A stretch of DNA of 60,558 bases from assembly GCA_964609335.1 (NCBI GenBank), contig CAZSRQ010000001.1, forward strand, positions 1-60,558, read 5' to 3'. This DNA comes from an uncultured Pseudomonadota bacterium. GTDB lineage: Bacteria; UBA10199; JADFYH01. The position numbers and the translations under genes are program-made. How positions within the stretch are numbered: position 1 is the first letter of the stretch; each line of letters opens with the position of its first letter. Under the pieces are notes generated by a model. It saw nothing but the letters and a program-made list of their open reading frames with translations, searched no databases and was not told the DNA's origin. Below, piece by piece: positions 18,801 to 27,521 of this stretch.

Positions 18801-21800
18801 CCAACCAGCGGATGATATCCACGACAAAGACGGTCTTCTGACAAAACTCCTCCCCTCACCTGACCCAAAAGCTGAGGCTGATACTCACTTAATTTTGGTG
18901 TTCCAGCGAGTGAAGTGACAAATCTCTGAAGATCTTCGGTTCTTCGATAAGTAAAATAAGTGGGGGGATTTCCCAATCGCTCTTTTGAGGCGGGATCAAT
19001 CACGGTAAAAGTGACCCTCTTCAGATAAGTTGCAGCGACAAGATCATTGGTAAACACAGCGTTGGCCGCGGTTGCCAAAAAATCGGAGGTCGCTTCATCG
19101 GAAAGCAATCCGCCGGTCTTTGAATCGTAGGGACGCTTCACCACCAACTCAATCACATTTTGTTCATGGCCAACGCGGGAATTCCGGCGAACGATTTCAG
19201 CCGCTTCAAGCAGATCCTTTTCGCAACTTCCCTCCAAAGACCATCGGTGAAGCATCAGCCGACCTTTTTTCGGTTCTTGGGGATGACCATTTTCCTCGGC
19301 AAAAAAAGTAAGAGAGGTCCGGGGATCGATCCGTTGATATCCAACCACTTCTCTTGAAGCCTGATGTTCTTCTCCCTGTCTTTTTTCGCGCAATTTTCTT
19401 CTAACAATAACTTCATCCAAAAGAGTTCTTTCACTTTCAGTTCTCGTCTCCTGAACCATTTCCAACAGTCTTGAAATCAGCGAACGGGGCAGACTTCCCA
19501 TCTCTTCGATAAAACGGGCTCTCGCCGGTGCATTCGACGGAAGCTCTGCAATCCCGGACAAGAGGGGATTATTTCGGGCCAATACCCTCTCCCGAACATA
19601 TTCCGGTAAATCGTGGGGAGGTCTGTCAATCAGCTGGGCATAGGTAATTTCAGGATGAACATTGGCTTCGTGGGGAACAAGCGAAAAAAAGAGGTTTCCC
19701 CGTTTGTCACGGACTTGGAGAAGAGTTTGACCAACCGCCGGAATCAGTTCCAAGGTAAAACGATTTCCCTCCGCATCGTCGTGTGGAATTTGAAAAAGCT
19801 GCCCTCTCTGTTTTTTGGACGTTTGTGCAGAAAGAGAAAGTTCAACAGGAGCTTGTCCATGCGAATAATAATGAAGAGCGGGAATAAACTGATCCCCTTC
19901 TCTTGTGAAAGCAAAATCATAATAAGCCGGAGAGGCACTGCCTGTTGGAAGATGAGCGAGTGGAGCATCATCGGCCAACAACAAACGGGTCGGCTGACCA
20001 TTTTCAAAAGCAGCCAATTGTAAAAGATGACCTTCGGGATTCACTTGAACCCAGAGACGTTGGAGAGATCGATCGACCGTGTGGGAAGTGGCAAGCGAGG
20101 CGCGAAACGGTTCATCGGTTTGCAATCTTTCGACGATTGGTCCTTTCAGATGTTTCAGTGGAGCGGTTTCACCCCGAAGCAGGGCAGAAAATTCAGCACC
20201 GATCCCCTCTCCTGTTTCAGCGGAAATTGGATGATCGGATCCAATCTCGAGATAGATCGGCGGAAAAGGTTCGACATTCGGAAAAGCCTGCGCCCGATAT
20301 GGCGAAAGAGTCAGATCTTCTCCCCCAGCTGCTTTCCATCTTTCGATGGTTTGGTTGGTGTAATCTCCCCGGCGAATGAAACGGGTCGCAAAAACATTTT
20401 GCAAAAGGAGAAGATTGCTTTGAAAACCTTTTTCTCCCGTCAGCTGCACCGATCGGAGGACAAATTGCATTTTTTCAATGGCATCTTCTCTCGTCTCTCC
20501 ACGAACCACAAGTTTTGCAATCAACGGATTCGAATGTGCTGAAACGACATCTCCTTCTGTATAAGTCGGATAGACAATCACCCCATGTTTACGAAGATGA
20601 TGAAACTCTGGAGTCCCCAAAATTCTAAATCGAGTCATCGGCCCAGGCATCACCGCATTGATACGAACCTCAACGGCTGCCCCTTTGGATGGAAGCCCTA
20701 CGCTCGAGAGCGGAAGTCCTTTTCCAACGCGAATCGCTTCACCAATCAGATTTACTCCTGTCACCGCTTCGGTGACGACATGCTCCACCTGAATTCGGGG
20801 ATTGTCTTCCATGAAGAAAAAATTTCCATCCGGAGTGAGCATTCCTTCAACCGTATTGTGGGAGGTAAGCCCCAAAACCATCGCTGCCCGAATTGCTTTT
20901 CTTCTGAGCTCCTCGCGAAGTGCCGGATCTTTTACAAAATCGAGTGCCGGATGCATCTCAACAATTTTTGACCCTCCTACTTGTAAAGTACATTCCCTCT
21001 CTCCATCCGAAACTCCATTGCCGTAGGTATCAATCCTCACCTGAAATTCAATATGCCGGAATGCGGAAACGAAACCTTCAGCCAACATATCTCCGAGTCC
21101 AAACGCATTTTGAGCCTCCTGAAATTTGGTCGGGAAATTTGCCCGAAGTTGTCCTTCATCGAGGGCGTTGAATTGACCCATCCCCGATCCTCCTGCAACC
21201 GCCTTGATTCGGAGAGGATAGGAAAGCCCCCTTGCCCTGATTTCGGCAATCATTCCCTCCACATTGCTATATTGGTGAATCGTTCCCGGAACAATCGGTA
21301 ACCCTGCCGCATCCCATGCCTGTTTCGTGGCGAGCTTGTTTCCTGCCTTGCGAAGCCCCGCGACCGGAGGTCCAAGCCACACATAGCCTGCACCGTAAAC
21401 CCGCTCCGCGAAGACTTCATTCTCAGCCAGAAAACCGTATCCAGGATGAAGCGCATCTGCTCCTGCTTTGCTGGCAGCCTCTAAAATTCTTTCATGATTG
21501 ATATAGCTCTCTTTTGGACTTAAACCGCCAATCGAAACCAGCTCTCCTCCCATTTCCCGAACTCGCCTCATCCAGCTCAACTCTTTTCCTCCCGCAATCT
21601 CTGCATCCGAATAAACCACCATCGGAACAAGCTCCTCTCCTGTTGCCTTCGCATAATCCAAAACCCCTTGTGTAATCTTGACGGCAATTTCTCCACGATT
21701 AACGACCAATACTCTTCTCAAATGTGGATTAATTCTTGTTTGCAGTCCTGGATATAAAACCTGCGACAATAGCTCTCTTTTATCCGGAGGAATATCGCTT

Positions 21801-22810
21801 CTCCCAATCAAGGCAACTCTTGCAGCCTCCGGATCGCGTTTGATCGCGTCAATCGCCCGGCCATACTCCTGGGAACCATGAGGGGCTTTGAAATAGGCAT
21901 CCAGAGTCTCTTTCGCTCTTGGAGTGGCTGATTCGCTGGAAATGGCCACACCCCCTTCAGAAGAGCCCAGAGGAATTCCATGCCAATCATTCGATTCATT
22001 CGACACAGAAAACAGATGCGTTTTTCTCGCTTCTGCCTCTTTGCCACCCGAAACCTCCGAAGCACTCATCAAAATCCCTTCGGGTGTGACCAACTGTTCT
22101 GCGCTGCGAAAGCCAAAACCGAATGAAAATCTGGAACCTTTTGAGGTTTTACTGAGTTCAAAGTTTAACCGGAATTTTGCCTCATACATCGCCACCGCAG
22201 GGGCCACCTGTCTCACCAGACATCCACTCGCCATCATCTGCCAATTGATCACCTCATTCGAACAGACTTTCTCAAAGAAGCTTCCCTGGCTTGCCTCTGT
22301 CAAACCGGCAACCACACAAACGCTGTCAAGACCGACCATCAGAACATCCTGACTGATATGTTGCAGAGCAATATTATTGGCGGGAAGGATACAGCCGGTC
22401 GTCTTCATCAACATAATCGTCAAGGTTGTGTGAGCCCACCCCTTTAACCCTTCACTGAACTTGGTCTCAAGGGTAGGAGTTCCCCGGAGATACTCAGGCA
22501 GACTATGCATCCCGACCGCCTCGGTCATGCAGGCCGCTGCCGAGGAAATCACCTGGGCACCCATCGATCCATAGGCAGATTTTTGAAAAAATGAGACAGA
22601 GGAAAGCAAACGGGAACAGTAAGCCTTGGTGGCAGTTCCGAAGATCCCCCCTGCCACCATTCCGCACAACATGTACCCATCGGTCGCCTGTTTGAAAAAA
22701 GATTGAAAAAGCTGCGAAGTGGCAAGCTGGGAAGAACTCAACTCACACTCATTGGAATCCTGCAAAAACCCGGAAGAAACAAGAGTTTCTGAAATCGTTA
22801 AACCGGCCAT
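15803..22810 (-). CDS. giant (~2,335 aa) multidomain carboxylase-like protein: novel ~365-aa N-terminal region, biotin-carboxylase (ATP-grasp) domain, ~790-aa central region and carboxyltransferase domain; no biotinyl (BCCP) motif seen
   Basis: Single uninterrupted ORF. BC-like motifs at aa ~369-830 (nt ~20336-21721): VLVVNRGEIAVK, HPGYGFLAENEVFA, KAVAGGSGMG, ERECTLQVGGSKIVE and MEDNPRIQVEHVVTE. CT-like motifs at aa ~1620-2265 (nt ~16031-17968): VVMMIGDLTRNGGALDPETSARKNGALALA, SASPGADVNAETG, VVGGAAYD, ILTGPG, LPVINLNAGNPFYM, SSLIGGYMVSV and ALEVGAIDDLVD. No (A/V)MKM was found by eye. The ATG at 22810 is preferred over the GTG at 22825. Confidence 0.75.
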   Translation of the reverse strand: MAGLTISETLVSSGFLQDSNECELSSSQLATSQLFQSFFKQATDGYMLCGMVAGGIFGTATKAYCSRLLSSVSFFQKSAYGSMGAQVISSAAACMTEAVGMHSLPEYLRGTPTLETKFSEGLKGWAHTTLTIMLMKTTGCILPANNIALQHISQDVLMVGLDSVCVVAGLTEASQGSFFEKVCSNEVINWQMMASGCLVRQVAPAVAMYEAKFRLNFELSKTSKGSRFSFGFGFRSAEQLVTPEGILMSASEVSGGKEAEARKTHLFSVSNESNDWHGIPLGSSEGGVAISSESATPRAKETLDAYFKAPHGSQEYGRAIDAIKRDPEAARVALIGRSDIPPDKRELLSQVLYPGLQTRINPHLRRVLVVNRGEIAVKITQGVLDYAKATGEELVPMVVYSDAEIAGGKELSWMRRVREMGGELVSIGGLSPKESYINHERILEAASKAGADALHPGYGFLAENEVFAERVYGAGYVWLGPPVAGLRKAGNKLATKQAWDAAGLPIVPGTIHQYSNVEGMIAEIRARGLSYPLRIKAVAGGSGMGQFNALDEGQLRANFPTKFQEAQNAFGLGDMLAEGFVSAFRHIEFQVRIDTYGNGVSDGERECTLQVGGSKIVEMHPALDFVKDPALREELRRKAIRAAMVLGLTSHNTVEGMLTPDGNFFFMEDNPRIQVEHVVTEAVTGVNLIGEAIRVGKGLPLSSVGLPSKGAAVEVRINAVMPGPMTRFRILGTPEFHHLRKHGVIVYPTYTEGDVVSAHSNPLIAKLVVRGETREDAIEKMQFVLRSVQLTGEKGFQSNLLLLQNVFATRFIRRGDYTNQTIERWKAAGGEDLTLSPYRAQAFPNVEPFPPIYLEIGSDHPISAETGEGIGAEFSALLRGETAPLKHLKGPIVERLQTDEPFRASLATSHTVDRSLQRLWVQVNPEGHLLQLAAFENGQPTRLLLADDAPLAHLPTGSASPAYYDFAFTREGDQFIPALHYYSHGQAPVELSLSAQTSKKQRGQLFQIPHDDAEGNRFTLELIPAVGQTLLQVRDKRGNLFFSLVPHEANVHPEITYAQLIDRPPHDLPEYVRERVLARNNPLLSGIAELPSNAPARARFIEEMGSLPRSLISRLLEMVQETRTESERTLLDEVIVRRKLREKRQGEEHQASREVVGYQRIDPRTSLTFFAEENGHPQEPKKGRLMLHRWSLEGSCEKDLLEAAEIVRRNSRVGHEQNVIELVVKRPYDSKTGGLLSDEATSDFLATAANAVFTNDLVAATYLKRVTFTVIDPASKERLGNPPTYFTYRRTEDLQRFVTSLAGTPKLSEYQPQLLGQVRGGVLSEDRLCRGYHPLVGHHYLRLGNLALFPKRERDSLHSDVSSHVFYVEHPQKKDRRMFGRSIVSEARVIRTADGTLQEIPEIRTRFEALLDVMKKSLQSRPKEQQPGWNQAHVEILPPLPISAEEFTNYSERLAKQTEKDGRLKGLRLQKTTVRGLIQDPQTGECQPIITEIANPTGYQFVHNLKYVVQGNVILEEGERAVKREVHLDPFNYSLWKKDPLVIFSAGSYQLADQPILPRDEVGLREEREVAKAGIFAARIPSVARLSARKFRESLGIQSPQDLLDRSQSVPEGIFIDHEVEYDFDPASIRKNPKTGQIDYFSGELVPAVEKDGTSRLPGKNKAGVVVAVSYRDLGLERPFPVVMMIGDLTRNGGALDPETSARKNGALALARKLSRQYGFEVPVESVSASPGADVNAETGVEHLDGIASHLGVTNRYIAEEQGPIHEIVYRYVVGGAAYDTARRTMLLDTAGLNVFVRDTGTAILTGPGAQIIAYKPTLKSWDIDGEVKRSYPEGTRSMGGYREIYGRNGEGMIGTQDLSEAFDLLNRAYYYTALRRPETLIPLRRSAPISPIDPLTFVSGPSFQAQLLGLAEGKRLRPAEVIALFQQSSDAAALNLRLASGATLKETLEQISRGQEVNPQEIIDLLRKEHPKSLALSRTVKDELIAMIGNRPPWNMQAVMDAFRDPGSPPEIRLWGEIEDLLGKVPPEHLPTVRGDKNRIGGILRKPPNIQVRIQQYQGRSTLWIALSGALTPLDSEIYTKAVRKADLLGLPVINLNAGNPFYMADPQAMIEKQLTWGASLQDAVSRLRYPYLCVDLSSLIGGYMVSVSKQLRRPEEQGQHRIIAIRHENLITAVRVVGANIYTNIVARGEIARRAEKDPRVQEAKKISDEKYQEALHQVIGEIEVREGEKYNAAHTTQRALEVGAIDDLVDLKDLYSSMVRHFNEAVAAHQTYSPTRQGLELSRHAERSAELPPEETARRLLQGFINSGSVDPHEHARQIAERLLELARGGKG

Positions 22811-23074
22811 AAAACAAAAAACCACTTCTTCTCTGCTCCCTTCACCTTTGGCAGAAGAAAAAGCAGGAAAAGTAGTTCTTCAAGATTAAATATTTGGTTA
22901 GTGGGACTGTATCTGTTTCGAGAAAGAATGAAAAAAGTTGCGCAAAAAATGAGATTTTTTAAAAAAATATTTTTTAATTTTCAAAACCTGCTTTAAACAT
23001 TTGTCTTTTTATTTTCAAAAAGTATAATCCGCGGAAATCATCCTAAATAACCAAATAAATTCAAAGGAGGGGTC

Positions 23075-23776
23075 ATGAAAAAAATTCCCGTTTTTTTCTT
23101 TTGTGCGTGCCTGTTTTTGGGGGCTTACCGGCTGTCTGCAACAGAGCTATCGGGAGCTGAGCTGTCTTCTCATTCCGAAAAAACTGAAATTCCACTGAAC
23201 ACCCTAAAAGTGAAAGGGAACTGCGGATCCGGATTTACCAATCATCCGCCGGTAATCAACGTTTTTCATGAGGTGAGAAACGACGTCGACTCTAGGGTCA
23301 GCGGTGGAGTCTGGGCGGTTGACAACTATAAAAGAACCATCAAGGTCTGGGATCAAACCGTTCCATTCCCCCCTTTCAAACTTTACTGTGCCAAAGTTGA
23401 ATATGATGGTTTGTTCACCACGCTCGGCGGAGAAAGCCCTCAAGGGACCGATCCAAGCCTCGCGGTTGGAATTACCGGTTCGATGAGTGGAGGATATTTA
23501 ACCACTATTTTTTCCGGTACCCTGAATCCAACCCCCGGCAAACCGACCTCGGGAAATTTGGGAACTATTAACTATCGTTGCACTTCGTCTGATCCGGGCG
23601 ATCACAGCTCCTGCACCAATCTCTGGATCTGGCAAACCACCTATTTCACCTCAACCACCGGGCTCGATTACGATTATTGGGGATGGAGTTACGATGGGGA
23701 TGAGCATGGAACCTGGCTCAACTCTTGCGCCGGAAAACCGGGATGTCCTGGAAATAACGGGGATATTACAGACTGA
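23075..23776 (+). CDS. secreted hypothetical protein (233 aa)
   Basis: AAAGGAGG RBS and signal peptide MKKIPVFFFCACLFLGAYRLSA. The mature part is Gly/Thr/Trp-rich. No family recognised. Confidence 0.6.
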   Translation: MKKIPVFFFCACLFLGAYRLSATELSGAELSSHSEKTEIPLNTLKVKGNCGSGFTNHPPVINVFHEVRNDVDSRVSGGVWAVDNYKRTIKVWDQTVPFPPFKLYCAKVEYDGLFTTLGGESPQGTDPSLAVGITGSMSGGYLTTIFSGTLNPTPGKPTSGNLGTINYRCTSSDPGDHSSCTNLWIWQTTYFTSTTGLDYDYWGWSYDGDEHGTWLNSCAGKPGCPGNNGDITD

Positions 23777-23792
23777 TTTTTGCTGGAATTTT

Positions 23793-23815
23793 GGGGCGAC
23801 CCGCCAGGTCGCCCC
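23793..23815. terminator. GC-rich hairpin between convergent genes
   Basis: GGGGCGACC-CGCCA-GGTCGCCCC, a 9-bp stem. The T-tract is weak. Confidence 0.45.
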
Positions 23816-23820
23816 CATAT

Positions 23821-24525
23821 TTAGGAAGCCGGCTTTCCAAATTCGACTCTTCCACTTTCAATCGAATAAATCGCCGGAACAATCACAATTCTTTTTCTTT
23901 CAAACTGGCTTTCCAAAAGCCGGCTTTCTTTCAGAAGTGATTTGATCACCCCTCTCGCATTGGCAAAAGCAGCCTGATAATATCCATTTCCCGATGCACC
24001 ATTCTCCAGACTCCCTTCTCCAATCAAAATATTTTTTCGAATCGAACTGTTCAAACGCTCAAGCGCCGGGGAAATTACCGCAGAGCTGGGGGATGAATTG
24101 ATCGCTGAATGAACCGCACCACACGAGTCATGCCCCATCACGATAATCAGATGCGCTTCCAATTTCTTTACCGCATATTCAATGCTGGCGATATTGTCGG
24201 AGTTTAAAACATTTCCGGCAACCCGAATCACAAAGAGATCCCCCAATCCCTGATCAAAAACCATTTCGGGTGGAACACGGGAGTCGGAACAGGAGAGAAC
24301 TATGGCAAAAGGTTTTTGTTCATTGGCAAACTTTTCCCTTTTGGAAACAATATTCTGGTTTACATTCACCAGCTTTCCCTGGATAAAACGCCCGTTTCCC
24401 TCCTGCAGTTTTTCAATAAACTGGGTTTGAAGCGAATCAACCAGCCTCAAATCATCGGCGAAGGAAAAAAAGGGGGAATAAAAAAAGAAGAGAAAAAAAA
24501 CAAAAACGGTTTTTTGAATTTTCAT
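23821..24525 (-). CDS. beta-class carbonic anhydrase with a signal peptide
   Basis: CSDSRVPPEMVFDQGLGDLFVIRVAGN and GHDSCGAV are the beta-CA zinc-ligand motifs. Start set at MKIQKTVFVFFLFFFYSPFFSFA (24525), which avoids overlap with the upstream gene. Confidence 0.75.
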   Translation of the reverse strand: MKIQKTVFVFFLFFFYSPFFSFADDLRLVDSLQTQFIEKLQEGNGRFIQGKLVNVNQNIVSKREKFANEQKPFAIVLSCSDSRVPPEMVFDQGLGDLFVIRVAGNVLNSDNIASIEYAVKKLEAHLIIVMGHDSCGAVHSAINSSPSSAVISPALERLNSSIRKNILIGEGSLENGASGNGYYQAAFANARGVIKSLLKESRLLESQFERKRIVIVPAIYSIESGRVEFGKPAS

Positions 24526-24541
24526 AGAAGAAAATTTTAAA

Positions 24542-26044
24542 CTAACTGAGCGGGGCAGACAATTGAATAATATCAGGATTCGTCTCGACATAATGAATGG
24601 CAAAGTGGAGCTCTTCTTTGCTTTCTGCAAAAATCGTAAAAAGAACCTCCCCTTTCTTCACCTCTTCCCCCATTTTTTTATGGAGATAAACTCCGGCACC
24701 CGGATCTTGGGGAGCACCGGCAAGTTTTGCCACTTTCGCAATTTTAAGATTTTGGATGGACAAGATTTTTCCGCTCTTCATACTCTTGATTTCATGTTGG
24801 TAAATGGCTTTTACCAGTTTTTTGAGGGGACCCTGACTCTTCGCAATTGCCCAGAATTTTTCGAGTGCTTTTCCGGAATCGAGAATGTTTTCGGCAATCT
24901 CCTGTTCTTTTCCATTTTCAACTTTTCCGCTCAACTTCAGAAGTTCAGCTGCCAAAAAAAGTGATTTTTTTCTCAGATCTTGTGGGGCATTTGGATCTCT
25001 TTGCAAAACCTTCAGGACATCTTCCGCTTCAAGCACCGGACCGATCCCTCTTCCAATCGGTTCGGAACCATCGGTACAAAGCACTTTCAAGGTTAAACCG
25101 ATTTTGGTTCCGATTTTCTCAAAAAACGCGGAAAGTCTTTCCGCCTCTTCTTTCGATCGAATCTTCGCAAGCGGACCGACCGGAATATCAATCAGAACAT
25201 GCGTGGAACCTGCCGCCTTCTTTTTGGAAAGAATCGAGGCGATCATCTGCCCTTCAGAGTCAAGATTCAGCGATCTTTCTACCGAGATGATAATATCATC
25301 GACCGGAGCGAGTGAGAGCGCTCCTCCCCAGGTGATACAGGCATTTTCTTCAGAAACCACTTTTTTCATTTCGGGGAGAGAAAGAGTCACATTCGTAATC
25401 GCCTCCATCGTATCGGCGGTTCCGGCCGGAGAGGTAATCGCACGAGAAGAGGTTTTTGGAATCGGCAAACCGTAGGCCGCAACGATTGGAACCACAATCA
25501 TCGTAGTCCGGTTTCCAGGAATTCCTCCAATCGAATGTTTGTCGAGAACGAGTGGAAGATCCCAACTGATCTGTTCTCCTGTTTCAATCATCACCTCGGT
25601 CAAATGTTGAATCTCCTCTAAGCTCAAACGCTGTTTGGCACAGGCGATCACAAAAGCGGTCAGTTCAATATTGGAATATCGATAGGATAAAATATCCCGT
25701 ACAATTTCAGAGAATTGACTTTTGGTAAAAACGGCACCATCCAGTTTGTTTCGGGTGTAATCGGTCGAAAGGAGAGGATTTGGATGAGCCAACGAAACCA
25801 GCGTCTCTTCATGAACCCCCAACCGCTCAAAGGCAATATTGCTCAGCCCAATCTCGCCTGATTTCACGAGACCATTTTCCGTCATATTAATGGTCGCCAA
25901 AATGCTATGCGCCCCATGATAAACCTCAATTCTTGAAAGCGCGCGAAATCCCTGACTTTTGCAAATCTCGCAGTCATGCGGAAGATAGGCGATATTTTCC
26001 TTGTAAGTATCAATGCGGATTCGTTTGACTTTGAGTTGGGACAT
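24542..26044 (-). CDS. thymidine phosphorylase family protein (long ~500-aa, AMP-phosphorylase-like form)
   Basis: HSIGGIPGNRTTMIVVPIVAAYGLPIPKTSSRAITSPAGTADTME and the domain order fit the family. The first 18 codons of the ORF-track version are encoded by a palindromic repeat, so the start is moved to MSQLKVKRIRID (26044). The start remains uncertain because no SD is present. Confidence 0.7.
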   Translation of the reverse strand: MSQLKVKRIRIDTYKENIAYLPHDCEICKSQGFRALSRIEVYHGAHSILATINMTENGLVKSGEIGLSNIAFERLGVHEETLVSLAHPNPLLSTDYTRNKLDGAVFTKSQFSEIVRDILSYRYSNIELTAFVIACAKQRLSLEEIQHLTEVMIETGEQISWDLPLVLDKHSIGGIPGNRTTMIVVPIVAAYGLPIPKTSSRAITSPAGTADTMEAITNVTLSLPEMKKVVSEENACITWGGALSLAPVDDIIISVERSLNLDSEGQMIASILSKKKAAGSTHVLIDIPVGPLAKIRSKEEAERLSAFFEKIGTKIGLTLKVLCTDGSEPIGRGIGPVLEAEDVLKVLQRDPNAPQDLRKKSLFLAAELLKLSGKVENGKEQEIAENILDSGKALEKFWAIAKSQGPLKKLVKAIYQHEIKSMKSGKILSIQNLKIAKVAKLAGAPQDPGAGVYLHKKMGEEVKKGEVLFTIFAESKEELHFAIHYVETNPDIIQLSAPLS

Positions 26045-26058
26045 AGAAATGGTTGGGA

Positions 26059-26127
26059 GTTTGGGGTCGGGGGTTAGGGGTTTGGAGATTTTTTTCACTC
26101 CTAACTCCTAACCCCCGACCCCAAACT
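26059..26127. repeat. GC-rich hairpin repeat, family C
   Basis: AGTTTGGGGTCGGGGGTTAGGGGTTTGGAG - loop - CCTAACTCCTAACCCCCGACCCCAAACT. It fills the gap between the response-regulator gene and the phosphorylase gene. Confidence 0.75.
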
Positions 26128-26133
26128 ACAGCA

Positions 26134-27519
26134 TCATTCTTCTTCCAAATTGCTTAATTCCGGATACATCGCAATTTTATTATAAAGAGTTTTACGATCA
26201 ATTCCCAAAACCTTGGCCGCCTGACTCCGATTGTTTTTTACCTTTTTCAATACCTGTAAAATATATCTTTTTTCCATCTCTTCCAAAGTTGAAATATTTT
26301 CTGCAGAAGAAAACTGAAAGTCGTCAGGATTTTTATTCTCAACCGATGGAAGTTGCAGATCCTGCGGAGTAATCCATTCCCCTTCTGCCAGCGCCACCGC
26401 CCGCTCGATCATATTTTCAAGCTCCCGGATATTGCCTGGCCAATCATAATTCACCAGCAGGTGGAGAGCCGCCTCATCGACCCCCTTGATCTGTTTTTGA
26501 AAACGGGTCGACATTTTTTCGATAAAATGTCTGACAAGAATCGGGATATCTTCGCGCCGATCTTTCAAGGGAGGAAGTTCAATACTCACCACATTCAGAC
26601 GATAAAAAAGATCTTCCCGGAATCTTTTCTCTGCCACCATTTTTTTGAGATCCTGATTCGCCGCTGCAATCCACCTTACATTGATAATCTGGTTATTCGT
26701 CGATCCAAGCGACCGGATTTCACGCTGCTGGATTGCCCGAAGAAGTTTCGGTTGAAGTGAAAGAGGAAGATCGGCAATCTCATCCATAAAAAAGGTTCCG
26801 CCATCCGCCTGCTCAATCAATCCCTCTTTATCCCCCTTCGCATCGGTAAATGCCCCTTTTTTATATCCAAACAGTTCTCCTTCGAGAAGCGCTTCGGGAA
26901 TGGCGGAACAGTTCAGTGTCACAAAAGGGCCACTCGCACGAGTCGAGCTGTCATGAATCGCGCGGGCAAAGAGCTCTTTTCCGGTTCCGCTCGGGCCGGT
27001 GATCAACACATTGATATCGCTTGTCTTGATTTTTTCAATCAGCGAAAAAATCGAACGCATCTTCGCACTTTGGGAAATGATATGATGATAGGTGGAATCA
27101 CGGATTAAAGTCGTTCGGAGCTGATGAATCTCGGTTCGAAGTGCCGAGGTTTCGATGGCACGAGCGACCGTCAAAAGAATTTTCTCCGAATGAAAAGGTT
27201 TCTCAATATAATCAAATGCCCCATTCCGGATCGCCTCAATCGCCGAATCAACGGTTCCGTAGGCGGTCATGATGATGACCGGAATCCAGGAAAAATCCTT
27301 CTGAACCATCTTCATCAGATCAAACCCGCTTTCGCTTTTTAATCTCAAATCGCTGATCACCAGATGAACATTGTGTTTTTGAAGATTCTCGACCGCCTCT
27401 TCGATCGAATGCGCTTCGAGAATTGTATAATGTCCCACTTCTTCGAGAAGATCGGAGAGAAGCGAAAGAACTTCCGGGTTATCATCAACCACCAAAATTT
27501 TTGATTGGGATTTAGTCAT
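26134..27519 (-). CDS. sigma-54-dependent response regulator (NtrC family: REC, AAA+ and Fis-type HTH domains)
   Basis: KILVVDDN, ITGPSGTGKELFARAIH, the GAFTDA variant of GAFTGA, the WPGNIRELEN motif, and a C-terminal AAKVLGIDRKTLYNKI. Confidence 0.85.
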   Translation of the reverse strand: MTKSQSKILVVDDNPEVLSLLSDLLEEVGHYTILEAHSIEEAVENLQKHNVHLVISDLRLKSESGFDLMKMVQKDFSWIPVIIMTAYGTVDSAIEAIRNGAFDYIEKPFHSEKILLTVARAIETSALRTEIHQLRTTLIRDSTYHHIISQSAKMRSIFSLIEKIKTSDINVLITGPSGTGKELFARAIHDSSTRASGPFVTLNCSAIPEALLEGELFGYKKGAFTDAKGDKEGLIEQADGGTFFMDEIADLPLSLQPKLLRAIQQREIRSLGSTNNQIINVRWIAAANQDLKKMVAEKRFREDLFYRLNVVSIELPPLKDRREDIPILVRHFIEKMSTRFQKQIKGVDEAALHLLVNYDWPGNIRELENMIERAVALAEGEWITPQDLQLPSVENKNPDDFQFSSAENISTLEEMEKRYILQVLKKVKNNRSQAAKVLGIDRKTLYNKIAMYPELSNLEEE

Positions 27520-27521
27520 TG

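Noticed and set aside
15803-22810. A possible hidden BCCP domain in the central region of the giant protein (for example around QVNPEGHLLQLAAFENGQPTRLLL or LELIPAVGQTLLQVRDKRGNLFF).
   Set aside because: These segments are beta-strand-like, but they have no Met-Lys-Met or similar biotinyl-lysine motif. The only MK dipeptides (LMKT, VMKK) lie in unsuitable contexts, so no BCCP feature is called.
22845-22865. Sigma-54-like TGGCAGAAGAAAAAGC upstream of the 23075 gene, and TGGCACCGTTTCATGTTGC (minus strand, about 1530-1550).
   Set aside because: The first has AAGC instead of TTGC and lies about 210 nt from the start codon. The second has 9-nt instead of 5-nt spacing. Neither meets the -24/-12 geometry.
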